Shown here piece after piece: positions 9,583 to 20,400 of a DNA stretch of 64,000 nucleotides. The translations under genes were made by a program, and so were the position numbers. This DNA comes from a virus. Its lineage: Duplodnaviria; Caudoviricetes. Location: positions 32,001 to 96,000 of the IMG/VR virus record IMGVR_UViG_3300011832_000001. The stretch is one strand, 5' to 3'. Under the pieces are notes generated by a model that saw only the letters and a list, made by a program, of their open reading frames with translations, made no database searches and was not told the origin of the DNA. The stretch's first letter is position 1, and each line of letters opens with the position of its first letter.

Positions 9583-10599
9583 TTACTTTAAATATGATTT
9601 ATTCACATATCCTCTTGGTTCTACGATTTCAACCCAACCATTACCCATATCTTTTTTGACTTCTACTTTGTCACCTTTTGAGACTTGACCTACAATTGGA
9701 TGACCTGCACCTGAACCTTTTCTAACATTAAGTTTAGTTGCAGTCACTTCTCTAATGTCTTTCGAAAGGTCTTTTGTTGCATTAAGTTTTCCGTTGATAT
9801 AATGTCTCATAATACCATTAATCTTCTCAGCATGAGCTAAAGCATAATCATATTTAGAGTAAGCTCCAACTTGATTATTATCTTTATCAAACACTCTGAA
9901 AAGGTCAACTCTAGTAGGTTGTGGTTTTACGATATTCGAAACAACTTCTTTACCATCAACAAAATGTTTAATTGTAGAACCTTTATATTCTGATTGTAGT
10001 CTCTTAGCATAATCTTCATTAGTGAATGCACCAATTTGTTGTCCTTGAGAATTATAGACTCTCCAAAGCTCATCATAGCTTGGCTTAACCTGAGGTTTAG
10101 GCGCAATCAATTCGGCATATCTTTTAGAGATTGCTTTCTTGAATTCATAATCACGACCTTCATCTAAAATGCGATGTGGGCAATTTTTGCCTGACCATTC
10201 TTTATGATATTTTACTTTATCAGGAGTTAGGTTCAACTCAATTAAAAGTCTAGCTGTATATTCAATTGCATTTTCTTCTGCTTTTCTATATCTGTCTCCA
10301 CCCGATTTTGAATAACAAATCTCAATGGAAACTGATTGTCTATTACCTGTTCCATTATTCCCATCACCACAAGCCCATGCATTCCTATTAAAAGGAATAG
10401 CTTGGATTGCTTCAATATCATCAATAGCAACATGATAACTAGTATAGTTTGTGTTTCTGACCATATATGCGATTTCATTTCTAGCAGATGCATCATTAGC
10501 CGTATTATGAATTGTCACATATTTAGGTGTCATCGCATAAGTTGCTTTGATTGGATATTTGCTAGTTGGAATTAAATCTTTAATTAATTTATATGCCAT
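9583..10599 (-). CDS. Endolysin: N-acetylmuramoyl-L-alanine amidase (Amidase_2, XlyA/CwlA-like) with C-terminal SH3b
   Basis: TIHNTANDASA, SIEICYS, HKEWSGKNCP; LNVRKGSG SH3b. Confidence 0.92.
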   Translation of the reverse strand: MAYKLIKDLIPTSKYPIKATYAMTPKYVTIHNTANDASARNEIAYMVRNTNYTSYHVAIDDIEAIQAIPFNRNAWACGDGNNGTGNRQSVSIEICYSKSGGDRYRKAEENAIEYTARLLIELNLTPDKVKYHKEWSGKNCPHRILDEGRDYEFKKAISKRYAELIAPKPQVKPSYDELWRVYNSQGQQIGAFTNEDYAKRLQSEYKGSTIKHFVDGKEVVSNIVKPQPTRVDLFRVFDKDNNQVGAYSKYDYALAHAEKINGIMRHYINGKLNATKDLSKDIREVTATKLNVRKGSGAGHPIVGQVSKGDKVEVKKDMGNGWVEIVEPRGYVNKSYLK

Positions 10600-10954
10600 T
10601 GTTATCTTTCTCTCTTTCTTCTAAATACTCTTGGTATGTTTCATCCGTAAATACTTCATCAACATAACCTTCTTCTCTGTCATCGATACCGTTATTGTTA
10701 GCATCTCTAAATTCAATCTTCGCCTGTTCGACTTTACCTTGAGTTACTTCGTGAGCTACATCTTTTGCTATGTTAATACCTGCGATTGCACCAACCAACG
10801 ATAAGAATATAGTCACCATCCCTTCTGCTATAACACCGACAACGATATATTGCCAACATATAACGGCTGTGAATATCAATAGAACAAGAACGAGAATTGA
10901 AAATCTCTTCTCGTCTATTGACATTAAATCTATATCTTTAATCTTCTTCTTCAT
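10589..10954 (-). CDS. Holin-like protein (2 TM)
   Basis: Two hydrophobic helices, charged C-tail, overlaps endolysin start. Confidence 0.65.
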   Translation of the reverse strand: MKKKIKDIDLMSIDEKRFSILVLVLLIFTAVICWQYIVVGVIAEGMVTIFLSLVGAIAGINIAKDVAHEVTQGKVEQAKIEFRDANNNGIDDREEGYVDEVFTDETYQEYLEEREKDNNGI

Positions 10955-11891
10955 TCTTCCTTACCCCCTGAATCATTATATAATAACTTGCAACAACAAT
11001 CAGACTAGCCATAAGGAATAAGAATCCGAAAAGTACAGTTCGATTCCATGACGTACTAAAATCAATTTGTACCTCAACCTGTATCAATTCTCCTGTATAG
11101 TCTTCGACTATAGAGGTTGTATAAGTTTGACTTCTCTTATTTTCTATTTTTACTATTTGAGAACCACTTGAAACAGGAAGGTCTCTGTACTCCTCATCAA
11201 CAGGCACGAATTTTATTTCTTTTACATATCTAGTCAAATTTAAATTCTCTAAGCTCTCAGGAGATGTAAAAAGACTATTAAAATCATCTGTTGACTCTAT
11301 ATTTATTTTAATTATAAGAATGACATCATCAGTACCGTTTAGCTTTCCAATATTGAGGAAAGCTTTTTTATAAACGGTTTTGTCATCTTTTCTAATAAGT
11401 TCAGTAATGAAGTATTCACCCTTGCCTTTTTGGGCTAATTCCTTCACTATATTCTTATGCTTATCGTTATCATAGGTGTCTCTTGTCATTCTCAAATTCG
11501 GTGGAGCAAAATTTATAATTCCACCTTTTGAATTAACAATTACCACCTCTGATATTTCATGTCTTTGTCTTATGGATTCTATATCTTGAACCCTTAAATT
11601 ATTTCTATCTTCACTTAAATCCTCATTAACTTCTTCTAATTTCTGTTTCATACCACTGTTTATAAAACTGTTATATGAAGTTATCCTATCTACCGAATTT
11701 GCAAAAGTCAAATTTACCGATTGACTAGCTATTTCTGCTATATTTGTTCTGTAATTTTGTTGTTGAGTGTAAAGGTAGACAAAGACAGACAGAAGTGTTA
11801 CAATTACTAAAGTAGCATTTAGTAAGCTGAATCTTGACACGATACCTCTTCGTGTATTGATTCTTTTGAACTTCAATATCCCTTTTTTCAT
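10938..11891 (-). CDS. Two-TM membrane protein with a large extracytoplasmic (Cache/PDC-like?) domain
   Basis: TM near each end, ~240-aa loop; likely ATG 11891. Confidence 0.6.
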   Translation of the reverse strand: MKKGILKFKRINTRRGIVSRFSLLNATLVIVTLLSVFVYLYTQQQNYRTNIAEIASQSVNLTFANSVDRITSYNSFINSGMKQKLEEVNEDLSEDRNNLRVQDIESIRQRHEISEVVIVNSKGGIINFAPPNLRMTRDTYDNDKHKNIVKELAQKGKGEYFITELIRKDDKTVYKKAFLNIGKLNGTDDVILIIKINIESTDDFNSLFTSPESLENLNLTRYVKEIKFVPVDEEYRDLPVSSGSQIVKIENKRSQTYTTSIVEDYTGELIQVEVQIDFSTSWNRTVLFGFLFLMASLIVVASYYIMIQGVRKNEEED

Positions 11892-11910
11892 TACACCATC
11901 CTCTTTCTTA

Positions 11911-12351
11911 TTACTTGGATGAAACGAAATATTGAATAACAGCACCTATGATTGAAGAAACGATAGATAGAGCAACGGCAACTATTATACCGTAGGCTTT
12001 ATTATATTTTTCTTTCTCAGATGCGGTAAGACTATTTTCGATATAGGAATCTTTAGTTTTCAATTCTGAAATCTCATTTTCTAAATCTTCCATCTTATCG
12101 TTAACAAAGTCTATCTCTCGCATCAAGGAAGCATTTGAATTTGACATTTTACTATCGAACTCTCTAGAAAGTCTCTTCAACTCATCTCTTAGTAGAGAAA
12201 TCTCAGCGATAAGCTTATCATTCTGAGACTTCTCAATCCTAAGCTGATTCTCATCATTTCTTTTCAAATCTTTTATAATAGTGTCAATCTTATATTCGGT
12301 CATGGATATTTTAGTAATAAGTTCGTGCATTTCCTTATCTCTTCCATCCAT
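11911..12351 (-). CDS. Coiled-coil protein with C-terminal TM (XhlA/holin accessory-like)
   Basis: Heptad-rich body, C-terminal hydrophobic helix, lysis-cassette position. Confidence 0.6.
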   Translation of the reverse strand: MDGRDKEMHELITKISMTEYKIDTIIKDLKRNDENQLRIEKSQNDKLIAEISLLRDELKRLSREFDSKMSNSNASLMREIDFVNDKMEDLENEISELKTKDSYIENSLTASEKEKYNKAYGIIVAVALSIVSSIIGAVIQYFVSSK

Positions 12352-12379
12352 TTAAAATATTCTTCCCTTCTATATAAGA

Positions 12380-14590
12380 TTAAAGCAATTGACCACCGTA
12401 ACTTCTAGTAGATTCATACAGGCTAGGCGTTGCTATCTTGTAACCTGCTCCTCTATAAACTCTAGCGGAACGGATAATTGCAAAGTAGTTATAGAATCCA
12501 CCTGTTTGCTCACCTTTTACAAATACATCAGCGCCATCTGTTGCATAGATTGCACTCTTCAATCCATAGAAACGGCAATCATGAACAGAAACGTTTGACA
12601 TTCCGTGAACATACATTCCACTATGAATTCTTCCTTCTGATGTTGAACGTGCGAAAGCGACACGCTTAAATACAACTCTACCTGCATGGTCTAGATGAAC
12701 AACAGCTACACCTTGACCTGAATCAATATCATCTCCATCTAAGTTGTATGAAGCCATCTCAGAGACACCATTGAATCTCATATCCTCAAAGTATAGAGAG
12801 CCAATCATATTACTATCAATTCGCATACTACTGATTTTAATATCATCACGACTTGCAAAGTTAATACCTTTAAATACGATTGAGTGTGGTGAGATTATTC
12901 CTTTAATTTCCAAATGCTCATTATAAGTTCCGGGTCTTATATAGATATAAGACACACCTTGTTCAATAATGTTTGGAATCATAGAAATTGCTTTACCGAT
13001 AGTTTTAAATGGATAACCTGAATTACCTGAGTTTGTATCTTTACCATTTACACCATCTACCCAATATCTTACAGGTTCATTTGAACGTAAAGCTCTTGTA
13101 TCTAACCCTAAGCCATGTCTTGTCGCCAATTGAGTAGCAACTGTATTAGAAGGAACATTAGCAAATACTGTATCAGTATAGGCTTTAGCTTGAGCTAGTT
13201 TATTTTGAGCATCTGCCTTAGATTCTTTCGTATTTAAACTTGAGTTGAGTGTGGCAACCTGATTGTCAACATATGTGATTGTAGCTCTTGCATTAATCAT
13301 ACCCATAATACTAGTAGCAAAGTTAGGGTCATTAGCCAAAGCATCAGATAGCTCTTGTAGAGCCTGTGACATACCCTGAATGGTTGCCATCAAGTCATCA
13401 AGGGAATTATCAGTATAAAGATTAGCAGATGCTAGAGCACTATCAGCTTTCGCCTGAGAGCCTTCTGTTGTTTCTAGTGTCTTAATTCCATTTGATTCTG
13501 TCACAAAGTCAATCTGATTTGCTTTTAGGATTATACCTTGTTTCTGAACGGAATCTAAATTCTTAAAGATTCTGATGTCTTTTGTTGTAGCATCTATTGA
13601 TATTAATAAATCATTATTTGTCTCAATAGGAACTCCTTCTACTGTAGTTGTTACTCTATCACGAACAATGATTTTAGCATTATCCATAATCAAGTCTCCA
13701 ACCATAGTATCTCCATTTACCGATACATTCTCAGCATTAAGCTCATCTCTTAGATTATTGATGTCAGTAATTGTTGCAACTTGTACACCATTCCAAAGGA
13801 AAGTATCGTTTACAAGCTCTAAGGTATTCTCCCCATTCTGAGCATTTACTTTGAATTCCTCAGCCATATTTATATAAACTTGACCTGCTTCATATGAATT
13901 TTCAATCAGCAGTTGCTGTGACTGATGTTCCATGAAACCGATTCTAGCTTTTCTGTTTGAAGGGTCTGACCCTACAGGATACCATGAAATCCAACCCATG
14001 TCAAATTCTCTTGCCATGATTTGAATAGCTTCATCTCCTGTGATAAATTTAAATGCTGTTTCAACTCTAGGGAGATTTAAATCAATTGCCCCAACGTCAT
14101 TTGCATTAATTACTGTTGCACCCGTCTTACCATTTACAGATGTTACAGCAGAGCCATTATTAACAATGTCTTGAATTAAGTCAACCTTTGATACTAAATC
14201 ATTGATTGTATCCTCGAAGAACTCAATATCTCCTCCATCACGCATACGATAGAATCTTTCAATAGGGTAAAGTATTAAACCTCTACCCATATATGTGATT
14301 CTTTTAATTAGATTATCTTGTGTGCCATTAAAATAAACGACTCCCAATCTATAATCAACATAAAACTCATCTTCATTGAGAGTCATTAAAAGACCATCAT
14401 TTTCAAGTTGTTTTTCATACATACCTTCGATTTTGACACCCGATGATAGAACAGGTAGTTCATCAAGAACAACCGTGTTATTATAAACTTTTAAGTTTTC
14501 AATCTTTTGAATATAAGGGTCATCGCTAGTGCCTGCTCTATTCAATACCATAATCGGGTCAACGAAGTTATCTAAGCTATAATTAGCCAT
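12380..14590 (-). CDS. Tail fibre / receptor-binding protein with C-terminal beta-helix
   Basis: VTSVNGKTG, QAKAD..YTD repeats, LANDPNFAT fibre motif, YWVDGVNGKD...PFKTI...PGTY pectin-lyase-like start. Confidence 0.75.
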   Translation of the reverse strand: MANYSLDNFVDPIMVLNRAGTSDDPYIQKIENLKVYNNTVVLDELPVLSSGVKIEGMYEKQLENDGLLMTLNEDEFYVDYRLGVVYFNGTQDNLIKRITYMGRGLILYPIERFYRMRDGGDIEFFEDTINDLVSKVDLIQDIVNNGSAVTSVNGKTGATVINANDVGAIDLNLPRVETAFKFITGDEAIQIMAREFDMGWISWYPVGSDPSNRKARIGFMEHQSQQLLIENSYEAGQVYINMAEEFKVNAQNGENTLELVNDTFLWNGVQVATITDINNLRDELNAENVSVNGDTMVGDLIMDNAKIIVRDRVTTTVEGVPIETNNDLLISIDATTKDIRIFKNLDSVQKQGIILKANQIDFVTESNGIKTLETTEGSQAKADSALASANLYTDNSLDDLMATIQGMSQALQELSDALANDPNFATSIMGMINARATITYVDNQVATLNSSLNTKESKADAQNKLAQAKAYTDTVFANVPSNTVATQLATRHGLGLDTRALRSNEPVRYWVDGVNGKDTNSGNSGYPFKTIGKAISMIPNIIEQGVSYIYIRPGTYNEHLEIKGIISPHSIVFKGINFASRDDIKISSMRIDSNMIGSLYFEDMRFNGVSEMASYNLDGDDIDSGQGVAVVHLDHAGRVVFKRVAFARSTSEGRIHSGMYVHGMSNVSVHDCRFYGLKSAIYATDGADVFVKGEQTGGFYNYFAIIRSARVYRGAGYKIATPSLYESTRSYGGQLL

Positions 14591-14739
14591 TAATTAACAC
14601 TTCCTTTCTTTTCTATTTTCATTTTAATCTCATTTAGAATCTCTTTCGATTCATTGAGATTTTCAATTGCAATTCTATTTGATTCTTTGTAATAGATAAC
14701 ACTCACTATATCCTTTATTTTTTCAATAAAATTCTTCAT
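14590..14739 (-). CDS. Small hypothetical protein, 49 aa (MKNFIEKIKDIVSVIYYKE...)
   Basis: Fills the intergenic gap exactly; TAATG coupling with the next gene. Confidence 0.6.
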   Translation of the reverse strand: MKNFIEKIKDIVSVIYYKESNRIAIENLNESKEILNEIKMKIEKKGSVN

Positions 14740-14740
14740 G

Positions 14741-17407
14741 TCACTCAGTCACCCCCAAAGCTAATTTTAAATCATCTAATTCCTTTTCTTGCTCTTTTAC
14801 TTTCTCACTTAATTGTTGAATAGCTCTCCAAGCAACAGCAACCATAGAATATGGGTCTACCCCTTGTTCATCTCTGATAAGAGGATTGACCATTTCTGAA
14901 ATTACTCCAACTTTTGGCTTATCAAACACAAAATTATCTATATTTGATTGTAGGTGATAAGTCCAAACATCTGTCTCATCAATAAGTGCTAGAGAATCTA
15001 TCTTGTTGTCCACTGATTCTACATTTGTCTTGTATGTTACAGATGAGCTTGTTGGGAAAGAACTTGCCCTAACAGGAATATAGCTACCTGATGAAGAAGG
15101 TGTTACAGCACGAACTTCACCATCACTTCTCAATAGTAAATTTGTAGCAGTACCAACTAAGGCATACCCTGTAAATCCTGCTGTCGTTCCTGTTAATGTT
15201 ACATTTCCACCACCTGTGTAACTTGTAACTACACTTAATGTAGATATTGTACTATTTGGAAGATTCAATGTGCTTACTCCCGATGGCAATGCAACATTAC
15301 TAATCTCTAAATCATTGACAGAAAGTTTAGTATTTCTAATAGTTCCATTAGAGTCACTTCTAGAACCTATTCTAATTCTATTATCATTATCTGAATACCA
15401 AATTTCAGCCTGACCTGCTCCATAAGATGAATCAAAAGACCTAATATTAAAATAATTTCCTGAATGTGTCAAGTTACCTGCTATTCTACCTGTATTGTGA
15501 GCATTTATGTTTGCAGAATTATAACCTATACTTGTAGTTCCTGTGAGATTCACTGAGCCTGAGACATTCAAAGAATTCAATGTAGCCAATCCTGACGTTG
15601 ATAAAGTTGAAAGTGTTGAAGCTCCCGTAACTGTAAGTGCTGTTGTTTTAATACCACTCCCACCAACTTCCAAAGTATTGGACAAAGTTGGGAAGGTATT
15701 TATACCAATTGATAGTAAATCGGTCTCTAGGAATAAGAGTGGTTTACCCGAAGATAGATTTAAATTTCTTGTTTCTGATGTTGTTGTAATTCCATCAAAA
15801 GCGTCTTTTATTTCTACTTCAATCTCATGACTTGTTGTTTCAGAGAATGTCAAAGGATATGCTCTTGAGAATCCATTATTATTGTCATATGTGAATCCCG
15901 TTATTGCTAATGGAATCCAATCACCAAAAGTCGTGCTAGGAGCAGTTTTAACTCTGTATCGCACACTATTGATTTGGTTTCTTCTCGTGCCACCAACCTT
16001 AACATCTGACATTATTCCCTTAACCGTTAGAGTAGATGCTTGGCTGAACCCATCATCACGCTTAATACTATGACTCTGTACGGGTTTTTGCCAACCTATA
16101 ATCGAGATAGGGATTGAAGATGTAGCTGTGTTTCCTCTAGAGTCAATAGCTTGAACTTGTATTGTACCACTACCACTCGCATTTAAAGTTCCCAATATAA
16201 AAGAACCATGAGAAGGTTGTTCCATATCAGACCTACCTGTAGCTTTAATTACATATCTATCTAAAGAAGCTCCACGACCTGCGCTAGAAGCTCCGAACGA
16301 GACTGTTATGATACTTTTTGACTGAACTATTGCACTTGAATTATTTATTGTTGTTCCATAAGAGCCTTGATTTATACTTATAGCCAAACTAGAAGGTGGT
16401 GTTGGGTTTTCATTTACAATTCTCATTGTTACGGCATAATTGACAGGTGTTCTTATTTGTGTACTTGAATTTTGCGTATTTGAGTAATAAGTCGTTATTC
16501 TGATTGTAACTGAACCTGTATTTGAAGTAGTAATTCTATCATAAAGTTCATCTGTACTTCCCAAGCTAACAGAAGTAGTTCCCGTACCCGGAGTTGCAGT
16601 TGTTAATACTGTGGAAGCTCCCCAAAAAACCTCTACCTTATGAGAGAGTGAACTATTATCTCTATTGATTGTCATTGTTGGGTAATTAGTTCCTACATTG
16701 ATAGATGACGGAACTCCTGAGAGAGTGCTTGCGGAAGGAGCTGTTACCGTTCCCGTTTTTGAGAATGTGTCTCCTATCTTAGTAGAGCCTGAATATGTGT
16801 CTATCTCTATTCTAGATGTTCGACTAGACCAAGTTCCCAATTGCTCTACTACATTGCTGTGGAATGTTGAATTATTAAAAGTCCAAGCCGTGTTAATATC
16901 ACTAGCACTAGCTACTAATACATTATTTACATAGACTCTAATATTGTGAGTGAATGAACTATCTGCTCTTTGAATTCCAATTGCTAAATCCTCAGTAGCT
17001 GTCCAAGAAGCAGAACTGTTTGTTGAACTAGCTCTAGCTATTGAATCCAATACTGCTGAGAATCCATCGTGGTTAATTCCTCCAAAATAAAATCCTGAGA
17101 CCGAACCATCTAACCAAACAGAAAGACTTCCGTCTGAGTTGTGGTCTAAGAAGACCTGTTCATCTGCGATTAATTTTTCACTACCGTTAATACTTACAGC
17201 AACGTTACTTCCCGAAAAATTAAAATCTCCAATTCTAAGCGCCCAAGAGTTTGAACTGTCACTTACACTCCAACCTGAGTTTGCTCCCAAGTACATTCTA
17301 ACTCTCAAACCACTTCGGTTAGTAGATGTATTTTGAGATGTTATATCCCATCTAATCTTTAAATAGAAGTTACCACTATATGTGGTTTTAGTTCCTGAGC
17401 TTGCCAT
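14741..17407 (-). CDS. Minor tail protein (DUF859-like) with C-terminal intramolecular chaperone (peptidase S74-like)
   Basis: QNTSTNRS/LDSIARAS N-terminus; SSVTYKTN...GVISE...WRAIQQL chaperone tail. Confidence 0.8.
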   Translation of the reverse strand: MASSGTKTTYSGNFYLKIRWDITSQNTSTNRSGLRVRMYLGANSGWSVSDSSNSWALRIGDFNFSGSNVAVSINGSEKLIADEQVFLDHNSDGSLSVWLDGSVSGFYFGGINHDGFSAVLDSIARASSTNSSASWTATEDLAIGIQRADSSFTHNIRVYVNNVLVASASDINTAWTFNNSTFHSNVVEQLGTWSSRTSRIEIDTYSGSTKIGDTFSKTGTVTAPSASTLSGVPSSINVGTNYPTMTINRDNSSLSHKVEVFWGASTVLTTATPGTGTTSVSLGSTDELYDRITTSNTGSVTIRITTYYSNTQNSSTQIRTPVNYAVTMRIVNENPTPPSSLAISINQGSYGTTINNSSAIVQSKSIITVSFGASSAGRGASLDRYVIKATGRSDMEQPSHGSFILGTLNASGSGTIQVQAIDSRGNTATSSIPISIIGWQKPVQSHSIKRDDGFSQASTLTVKGIMSDVKVGGTRRNQINSVRYRVKTAPSTTFGDWIPLAITGFTYDNNNGFSRAYPLTFSETTSHEIEVEIKDAFDGITTTSETRNLNLSSGKPLLFLETDLLSIGINTFPTLSNTLEVGGSGIKTTALTVTGASTLSTLSTSGLATLNSLNVSGSVNLTGTTSIGYNSANINAHNTGRIAGNLTHSGNYFNIRSFDSSYGAGQAEIWYSDNDNRIRIGSRSDSNGTIRNTKLSVNDLEISNVALPSGVSTLNLPNSTISTLSVVTSYTGGGNVTLTGTTAGFTGYALVGTATNLLLRSDGEVRAVTPSSSGSYIPVRASSFPTSSSVTYKTNVESVDNKIDSLALIDETDVWTYHLQSNIDNFVFDKPKVGVISEMVNPLIRDEQGVDPYSMVAVAWRAIQQLSEKVKEQEKELDDLKLALGVTE

Positions 17408-17469
17408 ATATTCTTCATCCTTTCTATCCTTTTAAATATATGTAAAAGGGGATTTCTCCCCTCTTACTT

Positions 17470-20400
17470 TTAAGCATCATCATCTTCAATTGGAAGGAAA
17501 GCGACCCCTTTTCTTCCTCCTGAATTAATTCTTTGCATCTTAATAGTACCTACACTTAAAAATTCAACAGCATCTAAGCTATTGACTTCTGTTGTCGTTC
17601 CATTCAATGTGAAGATTTTTGTCATTACACCATTTACGGGAGCGTAACCTGCGAACTCCTCTGTTGTTATTTTTGTATAGTTTTGAGTTGTATTATTACT
17701 AATCACCATACCAAATCTATCAAATCTAGCATTTGTTGAGTATAATTCTGATGGATGGTTAGACCATTGTAAAGGTGTTTCTCCATCATTCAACATGACG
17801 TTTGTAAGTTCAGATTGACCTGTAGAACCTGTGCTAACTAATCTTACTCTTGTGTATTCACTAAGAGCAGTAAAAGTACCTGAAATCATTCTCCAAGAAT
17901 AATCATCTGAATCACTTGTAGCTAAGTCAACATATGTTGAGCCATCGTCATGAGATACTTGAATCTTAAATGGACTAGAAGCGCTAGATTTTTTAAGCAA
18001 TAGTGAAACTGTGTAGCTTGCAGATTCGTTAACCAAAGTATCTGTTATTGGGTCTTTTACTTGTTTTACAACAGGAGTTTTTACCCTTTGAGTAATGCTA
18101 GAATTAACTAAAATCCAAGAAGAACCTGAGCCAATCATTTCTAGCTCTCCCATTTCAGAAGGACTTGATGTTTCATCTTGACGAGTGTTTACAGAACCAC
18201 CTGTTAAAATATCTTGAGTCCAACCTGCTGATACACCTGCCCAACCAACTGAGTTAATCAGTCTATTGCGACCACCACCACTAGAGACACTCAATGTAAT
18301 ATCTCTAGCAGTCTGATTCACACTAGAATACTCAGTCTTGACAGCAGATATTTCATCTGATATAATTTGTTTTAGAGTTGCATCTAAACCATTTAGACCT
18401 GATTCTAAATCATCAGAAGTCGAGAAACCATAACCCGAAAGTGCATCGTTCGAAACATAAGAATCAAAATCAGACTTGTACAAATCAGAACTTCGAACAG
18501 TTGATAGGATTGCATCATCTGTTATTTTCTCTTCTGCTTCTTTTATTCTGAAAATTAATCCCATATTATCACTAGGTGATGGATTCCAAGTAGAAGCTTG
18601 CGTGGCTTCCTCAAACATAAGATTTCTATATTTTATGTCTCCGTTTCTAGTGATAAATGGAATGACTCTTAAAAACTTGTTCGATGTTAAATCATTTATT
18701 TTATAGACATATCTAAACCAATTACCATCGGTGATGCCTTTATCTATAAGATTTTGTTTTGTTATTTGATAGGTATCAATAGGAGTTGTCGAGTCATTTT
18801 CATCTGCAAACGTTTGAATTTTCATAACAACATCAGTTGATGATAAACTTGCAAGACTAGAAATTTTAATGTCAAATGAAAGAACGTAGGTTTTTCCACT
18901 CGGCTCAATTATTGGAATTGCCTTTGATAAAATACCAACATTTGCATCACTTGCCAATCCCGTTTTAACTATATTCAAAATATGAGAATATGGATTATTT
19001 GATTCAGGGTCTAATATTACAAAGTCTGAATCTCCACCTTCCCAATCTCTTAATACTCTAGTTCCTGTAAGAGAAGCTGTTGTATAAGAGTTGAATGAAG
19101 AGTTTGTAAGTTGGTTTACTCCACTTATGAAATTACCTAAACTCAATTTAGTTAAACTAGAAATAGAAGCTAACGAAGTAGCAGTTGTTAAAGTCCAACC
19201 ATCCTTGAATGATGATAATGGAATACCATTTGTTACTTGCATTCTAGGAACTAGTAAGTTTGTTGAATTCCAAGTTTTGGTGTTAGCACCTAAAATTATA
19301 ACAACCTTAGATGAGACTATTCCCAATCTTACCTCAATAGGGTCTAATGAACCTTTGTTCACATAGCTGTAATTTGCAAAACTATTATCTGATTTTGCAT
19401 AAAATGAAACATCAATATCGACAATATTATTATCTGCTGTTGAGTTGTTATAACCTGTGATATTTAAGTTTGTCATTTGGTTTGTCATAGTTATTCCTGT
19501 TTGAATAATTAAATAACCTGTATGAGCGCCTGTTATTGATTGATTCATCAAATCTAAGAATCTACCACGATTATTAACCGTATCGATAACTACCGAACTA
19601 ACCTTATCTGTGATTGAACCACTCAAAGTATCAACTTCTGTCTCTACGTCTGTAATTCTATCTCCAAATCCCGATGACTGAGTTATTGCATCATTTGCTA
19701 ATGTTTCAGCATTACCTGCAATTGTTAAAGCATTTTCTGCGTTCGCAAAAGCATCTGTTGCCGTAGCTTCTACTGTCGTAACTCTAGAGTCTAAACCATT
19801 AGCTGTTGTTAAAGCATCAGATGCATCTTGACTCGCTGAATTAGCAGTATCTAGAGCCGTAGTTGCTTTTAAGTCAACAGGTTCTACAACTTTATTTGTT
19901 ATAGCTTTTTTAGCGACCTCTAACTTAGAACTAATATCAGATAGAGCTGTTCTATATTCATTAAACTTATTATCTACATTTGTTTTTTCAGCAGGTGTTA
20001 CAGAACCATCTGCGATTGCATTTTCTATAGCAGTTACCAACGCACTATGCTTTGAATCATACTCTGTTTTAGAAGCAAATAAATCCGTTTTTGGAGTTCC
20101 TTCTAAATTGGTATCTGAGTATATAGTTGTATAATGAGCATCAATATCTGCTTTCTCATTATTTAAAGTTTCAATGTGATTTGCAATTATCTTAGCTTCC
20201 GATTCACTGATAACAGAATCTTTAAAAGCTCCATCTATATATGTCTCAACATCTATTAGTGCGACTTCCAAATCATCAATTGATTGACCTATTGTTTCAA
20301 CATCTCTTCCTGCTAAAGCACCTGAGATAATATTAATTCCACGAACATTTAAGTTACCATTTGAATCTAAGAAGAAAACTCTATCACCAACAATGTTGAG

